From a virus, in the IMG/VR virus record IMGVR_UViG_3300048088_000336, positions 1 to 64,000 of that record: a DNA stretch of 64,000 nt. One strand, written 5' to 3'. The notes beneath the pieces are model-generated. The model did not search any database. It saw nothing but the letters and a program-made list of their open reading frames with translations, and was not told where the DNA came from. A program made the translations under genes and the position numbers. Positions 53,901-62,756 of the stretch are shown here, piece by piece. The first letter of the stretch is position 1. Each line of letters opens with the position of its first letter.

Positions 53901-54487
53901 CAGGGAACACGCCCAGCGGAGACAGTGGAGCGCACTCCGGGGTTGCCAGTGCGACCGGCGCCGCACCCACCCCGACCCCACGCGTGCAGGCCGGGGCGAA
54001 TACTTCTGCCGCGACCGGGACCGCCGAACAACCGGCACCCGCCGTGGCCCCCCGTGCGGGTACGGCAACAGCCAGCGCGACGGCGCGCGATGGGGCACCA
54101 ACCTCACTGACGAACGCTCTCGCCGGGGTGGCGGGGTCGACCGCTACCGCGCAGCCGCCCGTCTCGGCCGTACGGGCACACGCGGATCTCGCGGCGGCAA
54201 TCGCCGCCGCACTAGCCGGTGCAGGCAGTGTGGGAGCTAATGCGGCGACCGCGTCCGCCCTGGCGGCGGCATTGGATGCGGTCGCGAAACTCAGTGTCGC
54301 CTGGCCGCCCCGCGCGGGCACGATCACGATCACTGGGGTGGCCCGTGGGGTGGTGACGGTGGCGGCGTTGGCCGCCGCTACCGTGACGGTGGAGACCGTC
54401 GGGGGCGGAAACATCGACATGATCGAAGTGGCCAGCGGTGACGAGCACGTCACCAGAGTGGCCAGCGGCGCGGGGACGCTGAACTGA
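50966..54487 (+). CDS. 1173-aa fibre-like protein: N-terminal beta domains plus long Ala/Thr/Pro repeat stalk
   Basis: SD GGAGG; NRCPNP carbohydrate-binding-like domain; many AGAATATAxAxxP units. Confidence 0.75.
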   Translation: MATRLYFNNTAAPYTPTTIRGTWSATGSAVAKLLGAAHDAGAPTTIGIAETNTSATFNVLWGRWISAPAAISGNLSGVVSWAVGVKESSASALDVLRVHIYVTTGSSDTPRGTLLTNYTDTVRFTTTAAGISSLDVAISTVAVQAGDRVVVEIGYEAQNTSATSFTGTMNYGGNQFFRDLVAAQSSGSHGTDPATRYGWVQFSDPNSVLVAAPTGAANRCPNPAAKTYQDFWSTAANTTVTQPAETGFSRTTGLHVVIGTAGDPSIQPAVVPAAAGETWSTYFEAKGSVTAGNTTTCWLNFLDARGNFLTPNPSQNVTLSTTAQAITFSNYTAPTNTAYVGVSLEGTAAIGDTFDVTCVRYDIAASIAAYADGDTTGWSWDNALTDGDSPSRALPATNANAGNAAATATAQTPSPAVAPVPTASTANAAAQNPGGAASTGAGVGAGSAAAKSPNPSVAPTGGAGAASAAAQAPSVSVFANAGCAGATASAQSATGTVAPTAGAGAANAVAQALSSTGAATPTAAAATGTAPTPAANIAAPAGAATATAVGQSATTQISPTPTAAAATGTAQQPGGTGSSTSTAATASAAAQTPTPAVTAPAGAATSTGTAPTPAVAVAPTATVSTATGVAQGANSTGATTAQAATASAAGQSSAGSVAAPAGAATATAAALNSVGVVAVSAVAGVAGAGAAAGNASTTAAAGAGSASATASAPTPRANVAPTASAATASGAGLNAVGVVAVSGFAGAAGATAAAQPPGGTVTATTSAAAGTATAPAPTPSIAPTASTATGSGAGLNAAGVVAVAAPAGAAGATASALSPAPSIASTAGPASATGAALTAAASSSPTATVAAATGRAEDPTATITAHPGAGTATATASNPGPLVAPVAGTASATGEAFDPLTSTATVTFAVAGCAGATASAANPGTTVTSLAGTAAGTGTAPTPGGAVSTPAGAGAAVGAALAPTGRVGAQAGAATVNATGNTPSGDSGAHSGVASATGAAPTPTPRVQAGANTSAATGTAEQPAPAVAPRAGTATASATARDGAPTSLTNALAGVAGSTATAQPPVSAVRAHADLAAAIAAALAGAGSVGANAATASALAAALDAVAKLSVAWPPRAGTITITGVARGVVTVAALAAATVTVETVGGGNIDMIEVASGDEHVTRVASGAGTLN
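52150..54300 (+). repeat. Degenerate Ala/Thr-rich protein repeats of about 22 aa
   Basis: Recurrent (A/T)xAATAT(G/A)xAxxP motif. Confidence 0.7.
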
Positions 54488-54495
54488 GGTGGGGC

Positions 54496-54825
54496 ATGGG
54501 GGGTAAACACCGTCTCGGCGACCCCCCGCCACCGCACAAAATCCCTCGACTGGTGTGCATCTACTTCGGTGAACCGTGCGGGGAACCGTCAGCGATCCGG
54601 GACTGCCGCACCTGCGGTCGGCAACTCTGCGTCGCCATGCTCATGCTGCCCCTGGTTGAGGCCGGGGAACTCGCCCCCACCTGCCGGGCCTGCAACGGGG
54701 ACCGCCCCGTCACCATGCACCCCCTGGAGGAGGAATGGTTAACGGAGCGGGGACTCGCCGAGGAGGGCTGGGAGGAGATCAAGGCGATCAACGACAGCCT
54801 GAAAGCGCCGGAGATCAACCCGTGA
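54496..54825 (+). CDS. Cys-rich hypothetical protein
   Basis: CRTC, CRAC; last + strand gene, convergent with the - arm. Confidence 0.6.
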   Translation: MGGKHRLGDPPPPHKIPRLVCIYFGEPCGEPSAIRDCRTCGRQLCVAMLMLPLVEAGELAPTCRACNGDRPVTMHPLEEEWLTERGLAEEGWEEIKAINDSLKAPEINP

Positions 54826-55414
54826 CGTGCGTGATGACCTTGCCGGGGTCGTTGAGGTTCACCTCAGGGTGATCGGCCAACCAGGCGGCGCGAACATCAG
54901 TGGCGTAGGCCTTGAACGCCTCCCACGAGTACAGGACGCGCGGGGTCGGCGAGTTCACCTTCATAATCGCGACCGGGTCCGGGAAACCGGGACCCACCTT
55001 CCACCGGTGCAAAGTCCCCAGGGGGACCTCGGACAGGCGCTGGAGTCCGCGCAGGGAAGTGACCTGACGGCGGACCGCTTCCTCAGCGTCGATCAACGGC
55101 AGGTGGCGTAGTTCCTGGTTGACGTCGAACCGGGCGGCGCTGCGCTCGAAGTAGTCGGCGACCTGCTCCGGGGACCAGTAAGGGGTACCGGCGTGGTCGT
55201 AGGCGGGGCGGGCGATCTGCCGCAGCACACTGCGGTCCCCGTGCGCGTCGGACAGCATCGCGGTCGTGATGTAGCGCGGCTTCAGCCCGGTTTGGTCGGC
55301 GACTTCCTGCAAGGTCAGGGCGTCGTCGGGGACGGGGCCGGTGACGGTGGCGGCGTGCTGGCGCCACCGGGGAAGGCGCGCGTCGGGAGTGTTGTCGACC
55401 ACGGCGGCAGTCAT
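54815..55414 (-). CDS. DNA-binding protein with two HTH-like segments
   Basis: LTLQEVADQTGLKPRYI; SLRGLQRLSEVPLGTLHRWK..FPDP. Confidence 0.7.
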   Translation of the reverse strand: MTAAVVDNTPDARLPRWRQHAATVTGPVPDDALTLQEVADQTGLKPRYITTAMLSDAHGDRSVLRQIARPAYDHAGTPYWSPEQVADYFERSAARFDVNQELRHLPLIDAEEAVRRQVTSLRGLQRLSEVPLGTLHRWKVGPGFPDPVAIMKVNSPTPRVLYSWEAFKAYATDVRAAWLADHPEVNLNDPGKVITHVTG

Positions 55415-55848
55415 CCTTTTGCCTCTCGGATGCGGTGGGATTCGTTGGCGGCAGCAAGCCCGGTGAGGAACACGTGCCAGGCTCCGTCGGCGCGCAACAT
55501 TCCTGTGGTCACTTCAGTATCCCCGGCGTCATCGAGGCGCAGGGAGATCTCCACCATGCCGACGTCGACGACGTCGCCGTAACTCATCACCTTGTCCGAA
55601 GCAGTGATCCGCACAGACGCCGACGGCAGATCCACGGTGTCGCGGCGGGCGTAGAGCAGGGGATACCACGCGTGCGGGGCGATGACATGATCATATGCGG
55701 GCACGATCAGGGCGTCGGAGTTGGCGGCGGCGAGCACCGCGTCCACCAGGTCACTGATCGAGAAGATGGGCCTGTCACTGCCGTCGATCGTGGGTGCCTC
55801 GTCGAGCACTTTTCGGGCCGCCTCGATGGCGGCGGGTTTATCGAACAT
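55411..55848 (-). CDS. Hypothetical protein
   Basis: SD GAGGGGAG; promoter motif upstream. Confidence 0.7.
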   Translation of the reverse strand: MFDKPAAIEAARKVLDEAPTIDGSDRPIFSISDLVDAVLAAANSDALIVPAYDHVIAPHAWYPLLYARRDTVDLPSASVRITASDKVMSYGDVVDVGMVEISLRLDDAGDTEVTTGMLRADGAWHVFLTGLAAANESHRIREAKG

Positions 55849-55867
55849 GAGGTCTCCCCTCGGTAGT

Positions 55868-55891
55868 CGGAACGCTTAACACTCTACCAGG
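55868..55891 (-). promoter_or_regulatory. Extended -10 promoter CCTGG-TAGAGT-N7-GTTCCG
   Basis: Recurrent motif. Confidence 0.6.
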
Positions 55892-55926
55892 TAGCGCCAA
55901 CCGCGCCCGACCACCGAAGGGCAACC

Positions 55927-56670
55927 TCAGGAACCGTGAACGCTGACCAGTCCGAACGATCTCACCGGCTTGGGCGCCAACCGGCGCGCGGTGCGGGACA
56001 GCGGCGACGCCTTGAGTTCCGTAGCCCTCCACGCCTCGTGCTTCTCCCCGAACTGCTGGGACACCGCCCCGTCCTTCATCACGATCAGATACCCGCCCGG
56101 GGTCATCGAAAACGGTGCCGTCAACTTCCCCAGGAAGTCGAACGGGCCCACTGTGGCGGCCGGGTCGAACCAGCGGGGCAGCACGAAGTTGCTCACCTGC
56201 ACCTGGATCCCGGACACCGGCACCGCGTAGGAGTCGGACTCGACCGGGTCACCTACTTCCTTGGCGATCGAGTGCACTCCGTCGACGTCGGAGTAGTCGT
56301 TGCAGAACGGGTCGACGAACGTCTCCAGCACCTCATGGGAGAGCACACTGGCCACTGACAGGGGCGCCGTGAGGGCGTTGCCGCCGTGAGTGAGCACGGG
56401 GCGGACGAACACTCGGCCGTAGATGATGTCGCCCCGGGCGATGTCGTGCCATCCCAGTGCCCCGGCCTGATCGGAGTCGTCGAAAACACCGATCACCCAG
56501 GAGCCGGGAGGGGCGGACGCCTCGGTCGGGGAATAGACGACACCAATCGGATTTTTACCCCATGCCGGTGACGCTTGGTAGCGCAATTGCCACGCTACGG
56601 CGCGGACCGCTAATTGAACATCCGGTGTCGACATCAAAGTGCTTCGATTCACTACCGTAATCAGGGTCAA
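55927..56670 (-). CDS. Zincin-like metallopeptidase-family protein (HExxE variant)
   Basis: GALGWH, SHEVLE..DP..N, EVGDPVE, VSNFVLPRWF; SD AGGAG before TTG 56670. Confidence 0.65.
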   Translation of the reverse strand: MTLITVVNRSTLMSTPDVQLAVRAVAWQLRYQASPAWGKNPIGVVYSPTEASAPPGSWVIGVFDDSDQAGALGWHDIARGDIIYGRVFVRPVLTHGGNALTAPLSVASVLSHEVLETFVDPFCNDYSDVDGVHSIAKEVGDPVESDSYAVPVSGIQVQVSNFVLPRWFDPAATVGPFDFLGKLTAPFSMTPGGYLIVMKDGAVSQQFGEKHEAWRATELKASPLSRTARRLAPKPVRSFGLVSVHGS

Positions 56671-56827
56671 CGCGGTACTCCTATTCGAGTGGACGAGCAC
56701 GCATCTGCACGTGCGCCGATCCCGCACGGGACTCTGGCCGGTGCCGCGCGGGGCTGCCGGTGCACGTGGTGCAAGGTAGCCGCCGACGGCACCAACACCG
56801 ACGGGACACCCGGGGACAAACCGGTCG

Positions 56828-58366
56828 TCAGGCAATCACCCGCGCGGGGTTCGGACCCTTCATGGCTAGCGCAGGCATTAGCCCTACCGCCGCCCACACC
56901 GCCGCGTCCAACTCGTTCGGCGACGTCTCATCCCCCGGAACCCAGGACGTGAACCCGTCCTCCACCCCCGGAATCCCCCCCACCAAGTGCGCCCGGAGCT
57001 GCTCGAACATGCCCGCCACCGGTTCCGCGCGGGTGCGCTTGCCGACACTGGCGTGCACCTTCTTGATCCGGGGCGTGCGCGCCTCGATCTCGGCCGCGAC
57101 CATCCGCAACATGGTTGTGCACAGGTCCCCGCCCTGGTTGGTTTCGATGACGATCGCATCGGCCGCCCAATCGTCGGCGACCTCGATCGCCCGGCGCGCC
57201 CACCGGCGCGGGGTACCACGCATCGTGGAGTCCTGAAAGAAGTACAGGTGCGGGCCCTCCACCAGGGCTTTGCTGCCCAACCAGCCGCGCATCGGCGCGG
57301 GACCGAGCCCGGCGACGACAATGCCGCACGCGTCGGAGGACTCCCCAGCGGTGACGCACGGGTCGACGCCGACGACGACACGGCGCAGGATCGGAACATG
57401 GTCACCGTCGAGGATGCGGGTGGCCTCGATCAACGCCTGGGTGACCAGCGCCCCCTCGACCTCGTCGAGCATCTCCCCGTCGAGTTCCTGCCGCCCGACG
57501 GTGGTGCCCTTGTACCGCAGTTCCATCTCTTTGAGGAATGCGGCGGAGAGGTTCGCTCGGTTCTCGAACGTCGACCCCGTGGTGATCGCGACAGCGGAGT
57601 CTTTGCGTTTCGCCCGGTCCAGTAGCTCCCGCAGGACGATCGCCGACCGGCGCGGCGTCGTCGTGATGATCATGCGGGGGTGTTTGCCGATTCGCAGTGC
57701 GGGAATCAGCGACTTGTCCCACAGTTCCTTCTGCTCCGGCCCGAATGAGGCGAGTTCATCGCACCACGCGCCGGACAGGTTGTAGCCACGCAACCGGTCC
57801 GGCGCGTCCGCACTGGCCAACACGATGCGGGACCCGTTGGTCAAATGAATGACGTAGTCGGACTTGTTGTAGGACTTCAGTTGCGGACCGAGCGCGGTGA
57901 TCAAACCCGAGGGGCCCTCGGTGCAGATCTTGCGAGCGTCCCCGAACGTCGGGGCGATCACCGCATAGTCGCCCCGGGTGGTCGCCGCCCACTCGGCGAG
58001 CATGTTGGAGCCGACGAACGTCTTGCCGAACCCCCGCCCGGCCATGATGATCCAATACAGCCATTCGTCGCCCTTCGGGGGAAGCTGCGACGGGCGCGCC
58101 GTCTTACGCCACGGGCGCGCCGGAAGCGGTTCGATCTCCCGCAGCGCGTACAGGCTCGGATGGGCTTCTTCCACCCACGTAGGGACCTCATCGAGGCCCA
58201 TCGCGCCCCAGTCGACACCGCGCCCGATCATCGGTGGGGCCAACACGTCAGCGGCCGTGGGTGCCGCTGGAATGGATTTGATCAGTGCCGTGGCGGCGGC
58301 GAAGATCTCCGCGTCAGCGTCAGCGGCGCCCATGCGGGAATAGGCGCCACGTTGGATGGTCGGCAC
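56828..58366 (-). CDS. Terminase large subunit
   Basis: AGRGFGKT, LRGYN..AWCDE, TTTP, GRQEL.GE, VVGVDP, SPNELDA. Confidence 0.95.
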   Translation of the reverse strand: MPTIQRGAYSRMGAADADAEIFAAATALIKSIPAAPTAADVLAPPMIGRGVDWGAMGLDEVPTWVEEAHPSLYALREIEPLPARPWRKTARPSQLPPKGDEWLYWIIMAGRGFGKTFVGSNMLAEWAATTRGDYAVIAPTFGDARKICTEGPSGLITALGPQLKSYNKSDYVIHLTNGSRIVLASADAPDRLRGYNLSGAWCDELASFGPEQKELWDKSLIPALRIGKHPRMIITTTPRRSAIVLRELLDRAKRKDSAVAITTGSTFENRANLSAAFLKEMELRYKGTTVGRQELDGEMLDEVEGALVTQALIEATRILDGDHVPILRRVVVGVDPCVTAGESSDACGIVVAGLGPAPMRGWLGSKALVEGPHLYFFQDSTMRGTPRRWARRAIEVADDWAADAIVIETNQGGDLCTTMLRMVAAEIEARTPRIKKVHASVGKRTRAEPVAGMFEQLRAHLVGGIPGVEDGFTSWVPGDETSPNELDAAVWAAVGLMPALAMKGPNPARVIA

Positions 58367-58375
58367 GACCGCAGG

Positions 58376-58648
58376 TTAGGCGGGGTGCGACTCCAGAGCG
58401 TCGTGACACGCGTCGAGGAGGTCCAACGTCGCGCGACCAACCCCCGGATGCTGCCAGGTGCCGAACGCTTCCGGCGTGATGTCCAGAGGGCTACCCAGGA
58501 CCGCTTCATAAAATCGGAACGCTGCGCAGTACAACGCCGCGCCCTGGCGGGTAATCGGAAACAACTCCGGCTTTATCGCGAGCACGGCCGGATCGACCTG
58601 AATCTCTCTGGTGACAAACGTTGTCGCAGTGCTGTCACCATGGGTCAT
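58376..58648 (-). CDS. Hypothetical protein
   Basis: 90 aa between VRR-NUC and terminase. Confidence 0.6.
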   Translation of the reverse strand: MTHGDSTATTFVTREIQVDPAVLAIKPELFPITRQGAALYCAAFRFYEAVLGSPLDITPEAFGTWQHPGVGRATLDLLDACHDALESHPA

Positions 58649-59078
58649 CAGATGATCTCCCGTCGCCTGGGTGGTTCAGTGGGTTGACCCACAGGGGGTC
58701 GTCGAGGTGGTCGAGGAGTTCTTCGAGGTGAGCGACCGACAACACCCACCCGACCAGCGCCCCGGCTTGAGCCCAGCGGCGCATCTCCCCGACTTGCGCT
58801 GGTGTCGGAACGTTACCGTCCCGCTTGATCTCCAGCGCGAGGAACCTGCCTTTGAGGCAGGCCAGCACGTCGGGGGTGCCGCGTGTGGACAGCCCGGTCT
58901 GGTGTTTGACGATGGCTTTGCCGCCCAGAACCTCGATGTGCTTGATCACCGAGTCCTTCACGGCCGTCTCTGAGACGGGGCGGGCCTTGCGCCGTTTGGA
59001 CTTCGGGGTCGCCCCCCGGGGCGCGTCGAGGTGCGGGTCGATGGTGAACCCACCCGAGCCGAAAACGATTCCGGTCAC
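58635..59078 (-). CDS. VRR-NUC (PD-(D/E)xK) nuclease
   Basis: SETAV, GTPDVL..GRFLALEIK..PTPAQ. Confidence 0.88.
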   Translation of the reverse strand: MTGIVFGSGGFTIDPHLDAPRGATPKSKRRKARPVSETAVKDSVIKHIEVLGGKAIVKHQTGLSTRGTPDVLACLKGRFLALEIKRDGNVPTPAQVGEMRRWAQAGALVGWVLSVAHLEELLDHLDDPLWVNPLNHPGDGRSSDDPW

Positions 59079-59236
59079 GATGCCTCCTGGTGTGAGTTAT
59101 GACGTGCACGTGCATCCGAGGTTGCACGACGCACCCGGACGACCAGGGTCAGGGCACAGAAGTACAGGTGATTCGGGCCGATGTAGCACCCGATCCACCA
59201 GTCGGCGAAGTCGAAGTAGATCTTGACTCGGCTCAT
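59075..59236 (-). CDS. Small hypothetical protein
   Basis: MSRVKIYFDFADWWIGCY; coupled at both ends. Confidence 0.6.
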   Translation of the reverse strand: MSRVKIYFDFADWWIGCYIGPNHLYFCALTLVVRVRRATSDARARHNSHQEAS

Positions 59237-61011
59237 CGGACCTGCATTGTCTTCGGGCACAGCTCGGCGCGGGGCACGCTGTTGCGGTTCAGGGGGGCTA
59301 GCACCACGCACGACGTGTAAGTACGTGTAAGACCCACGTAGAACTGCCTGATGATGTGATCCCGTGCCCGGCCGCCGCGCGCCCATTCCGCGTACCCAGC
59401 GGGGGACAGGTCCGGGGACAGATACACCACGCCCCCCCGTGCGGGGGTGCCGTCAGCCAGCTCGGCGTGACCCACCTGACCGCCCTTCACGGAGTGAATG
59501 GTGCCGACCGTGCACAACGGCGGGTCGACCAACGCGGCCGGACCGAACCCGCGCACCACCCGCTCCGGGTAGCGAAGCGAATCCGCTTTCGACGGCAGCA
59601 CCGCCGACATGAACCACGACAGGTCCGGCCCCAACGCGAGATCCAGATCCTCATCGGACAGGGTGAACAGTCCCTCGACCTGCGCGACATCCAAGGTGGA
59701 CGCGGGCAGCATCTTCAGGGCCGCTTTCGCCCCACGCGCCAGTCCGGCCTCTTTCACCGACACCAGGTCCGCCCACGCCCGCACGTCGTCCCCCGTCCAC
59801 AGGCGCGACCGGTCCCCCAACGCCCGCTCATCCATGATCAGATACCGGTAGAGGCGCTCCGCTGCGGTCATGCCGTTGGCGGAGCGCAGCGGATTCCACC
59901 GGCCCTCCAATGGCCGGTAGCGGTTGGCGAACGGCACCCCCATCCCCTTCAGGTGCTTGCACAAGGGACGCAGCATGTACTCGCACGACGCGAGGACCAT
60001 CACCTCCCGCCCGGCGCGGACGTCTTTAGCGATCTGCTCGGCGGTGGCCTCATCAAAAATGGTGGCACTGACGGTGTAGATCTGCCCGTCCTCGTCGCGG
60101 GGCCGGTAATCCTTATCCTGGCGGTAAGAGCAGGTTTCGATCCAGGTCTGGGCCACCATGTGAACCGATGCGGGGATCCGCCACGACTGCTCCAGGGGCA
60201 CGTCGACGACGTCGACACCGAGCTGCGGGCCACCGTCGAGGCCGGTACCCAGCGCGAGGATCGGCTCACAGTTCCCACCGCGCCAATTCATGATCGCCTG
60301 GTCGTCGTCGAGGGCGAAGATGGTCCGATCGGCGTAGACACCCCAGGCGAGCACGAGCGCGATCTCCAACGGCGTCATGTCCTGCGCCTCATCAGCGATC
60401 AACACCCGGGGGGAGCCCGGCGCCGGTTCCCCGTTCAAAGCCCGCTCCAACGCGACACGGATCATGTCGGTGAAGTCGATGACGTCGGCGGCTTTCTTCC
60501 ACTCCTCCCACGCGGCGGCGAACCGGCGAACCGCGTTGGGCATGTCGGCGGTCGGCACGAACTGAGACCGAGCCAGGTCGTACTGGGCGAGCAGCCCGTC
60601 ACCACCACCGTCACCGCCCGGCCCGTCAGGGGCAGTGATGTCCGGGCCGGAGCTGCGGGAGTTGGGGGTGACATACCACTCGCGGATGGCGCGGCTATTC
60701 CAGTCGGCGATCACTTTCGATGCGGTGGCGACCTCGAACATGTTGCCCACCACCCGGTAGGCCATAGAGTGCAGGGTGCCCACCTGGTGATCGGGCAGGG
60801 GCAGACCCATAGCGGCCAGCGATTTGGCGGCGGTGACGGTGAAGCTGGTCGCCAGTACCGCATCGGGCCCGAGGTCGAGCACGATCTCTTTAATGATCTC
60901 TTTCAGGCGGGTGGACTTCCCGGTACCGGGCGGACCGAAGATCCGCTCGACGCGTCCACTGCCCAGCAGGTGGACAGTGGACGCGGTCAAGCCGTCGAGG
61001 GGGGAGGTCAC
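59233..61011 (-). CDS. UvrD/Rep-like SF1 helicase
   Basis: GPPGTGKST, GTLHS, DEAQD, QSWRIP, GTIHSVKGGQ, YVGLTR. Confidence 0.9.
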   Translation of the reverse strand: MTSPLDGLTASTVHLLGSGRVERIFGPPGTGKSTRLKEIIKEIVLDLGPDAVLATSFTVTAAKSLAAMGLPLPDHQVGTLHSMAYRVVGNMFEVATASKVIADWNSRAIREWYVTPNSRSSGPDITAPDGPGGDGGGDGLLAQYDLARSQFVPTADMPNAVRRFAAAWEEWKKAADVIDFTDMIRVALERALNGEPAPGSPRVLIADEAQDMTPLEIALVLAWGVYADRTIFALDDDQAIMNWRGGNCEPILALGTGLDGGPQLGVDVVDVPLEQSWRIPASVHMVAQTWIETCSYRQDKDYRPRDEDGQIYTVSATIFDEATAEQIAKDVRAGREVMVLASCEYMLRPLCKHLKGMGVPFANRYRPLEGRWNPLRSANGMTAAERLYRYLIMDERALGDRSRLWTGDDVRAWADLVSVKEAGLARGAKAALKMLPASTLDVAQVEGLFTLSDEDLDLALGPDLSWFMSAVLPSKADSLRYPERVVRGFGPAALVDPPLCTVGTIHSVKGGQVGHAELADGTPARGGVVYLSPDLSPAGYAEWARGGRARDHIIRQFYVGLTRTYTSCVVLAPLNRNSVPRAELCPKTMQVR

Positions 61012-62459
61012 AGCGGAACGTCCGTCAGGGGACCGGGGTCGATGCGCAGCTTCGCCCGCGTGGTGCACACGTAGGCGAGCATCGCCGCTTCCCGCGTGAA
61101 CAACGGCCGTGGATCGTCCTCGGACTCGGAGTCCCGAGGAGCGAAGTCGGCCCCGATGACCACCGAATCCCACTCCCGGCCCTTGGACTTGTGCCCCGTG
61201 GAGATCGTGACATCAGCCTTGGACTCGTCAGCGGTCAACCGGTTACCCAGAGACAGGATCTCCTCCGGGCCGTAAAGCTCCACCATGGCCACCAGCACCC
61301 GGTAGGACTCCCCATCAGGGTCGTTGGCGACGAAGTTGAGGAACTCATCCCAGGAACGGAACGAGGCGAGGTCCGGGTGGTTCGCTCGGCGCCCAGCCCG
61401 CAGGTTGATCGCGGCGCGCGCCAACCGGAGCACGTCACCGATACCGCCGCAGACAGCGACCTTGCGACCGGCCGCGAGTTCCCGCAGGGCAGCGTCCACG
61501 ATCCCGATGTTGGTCCGGCACAGGATCGCGTCCGGTGCGGTGACCTCACCGATGCTGGAGTCCAGTTTGTCGTAGCCCTCGACCCGCATCTCGGCGTCAA
61601 GGAAGTCCAGCCACAGGTTGGCTTGCGCGGCGATCGCGGGCCCGAACCGGAACGATTTGGTGAGACCGAGACGCTGCCAGTCCCAGCGGGCCATGGCGTT
61701 GGCGGCACCGCGCCACCCGTAGATCTCCTGGCAGGGGTCGCCGACGGCGATGAGTTGCGCGTGGGTTTGCCGCTCGAACACGTCGGCCATGGCCCGATTA
61801 GCGTCCTGCGCCTCATCCAGGAAGATCACCTTGAATTTGCGCAGGGACGGCTTGGATAGCTGCCACAGTTTGAGGTAGATGTCTGGGTTGAACGTGAGTT
61901 TGCCGTCGACAGCCGACAGGTCCGCCCACACGCGCCGGGCCAGAGTGATGACCTCGTCAGCCAGTAGGTACGTCTCCTGGGCGGGCAGCCCGGCAGGGAG
62001 CGTGACGTGGCAGCGGGCGATCTCGAAGTCGGCGGAAGTGATGAACCGGCCGATGGTGCGGGCAACCAGCTCGGCGAGTTCTTTGCCCTCCAGGACGGGG
62101 CTGTCGGTCGCGAAAGTCCAGTCGAAAGGCCGGTAGAGGTTGCAGAATGCTTGGACGTCCTTCACGGGCAGGGCACCCATGCGCGCGTTGCGGACCCGGT
62201 TGCCGTACTTGCCGACGGTGCCACCCCAGGCCAGGGAGTGCGCGGTGCGGCATTCGACGTTTTTGGTGAACGATCCCTGTGCGTCGACCTGGATGGCCTT
62301 GTTGTAGGCGACATACAGCATGGGGATAGTGGGCCGGTCGGCGCCGAGGAGGCGCAGGGTGGAGGTCTTGCCGGATCCTGCGACGGCGATGACGACGAGG
62401 TTGGCGTCCGTGCGGGCGGCGGTGAGGATCGCGACCTGCTGGGCGGTGGGGTCGAACAT
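61008..62459 (-). CDS. Second UvrD-like SF1 helicase
   Basis: AVAGSGKT, TAHSLA, DEAQD, VGDPCQEIYGWRGA, SFRFG, STGHKSKGREWD, YVCTTRA. Confidence 0.92.
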   Translation of the reverse strand: MFDPTAQQVAILTAARTDANLVVIAVAGSGKTSTLRLLGADRPTIPMLYVAYNKAIQVDAQGSFTKNVECRTAHSLAWGGTVGKYGNRVRNARMGALPVKDVQAFCNLYRPFDWTFATDSPVLEGKELAELVARTIGRFITSADFEIARCHVTLPAGLPAQETYLLADEVITLARRVWADLSAVDGKLTFNPDIYLKLWQLSKPSLRKFKVIFLDEAQDANRAMADVFERQTHAQLIAVGDPCQEIYGWRGAANAMARWDWQRLGLTKSFRFGPAIAAQANLWLDFLDAEMRVEGYDKLDSSIGEVTAPDAILCRTNIGIVDAALRELAAGRKVAVCGGIGDVLRLARAAINLRAGRRANHPDLASFRSWDEFLNFVANDPDGESYRVLVAMVELYGPEEILSLGNRLTADESKADVTISTGHKSKGREWDSVVIGADFAPRDSESEDDPRPLFTREAAMLAYVCTTRAKLRIDPGPLTDVPL

Positions 62460-62491
62460 GGTGTGATCTCCTGCTCAGTGAGTGCGGTTAC

Positions 62492-62515
62492 CGGAACAAC
62501 GCCAACCCTACCACA
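62492..62515 (-). promoter_or_regulatory. Extended -10 promoter TGTGG-TAGGGT-N7-GTTCCG
   Basis: Recurrent motif upstream of the helicase pair. Confidence 0.6.
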
Positions 62516-62756
62516 CAACCTCTTGGGCGTTGCGGGCGCGCAGCATGTCGGCGAACTCCCGCCAGTTCCGCCGCTCGTAGAACCCGCCCAGCAGTACGAA
62601 TCGGACACCGTGCGGGACACCGCGCAGTTGCGTCGGTTCCCCCACTATGATCACCTGATCTGAGCGCAGCCCCGACTCCCACCGTGCCCAGCCCAACGCA
62701 TGCCGGTAGTCGAACCCGATCACCGCGATCCGCTCACCCGGCGCCAGCTCGATCAC
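62508..62756 (-). CDS. Hypothetical protein
   Basis: GTGA-coupled, globular-looking. Confidence 0.6.
   Translation of the reverse strand: MIELAPGERIAVIGFDYRHALGWARWESGLRSDQVIIVGEPTQLRGVPHGVRFVLLGGFYERRNWREFADMLRARNAQEVVW

Noticed and set aside
52072-54537. Long Ala/Val-rich - strand ORFs (494 and 325 aa)
   Set aside because: Mirror of the Ala/Thr repeats on the + strand.
59356-61074. 572-aa + strand ORF
   Set aside because: Antisense shadow of the UvrD-like gene.
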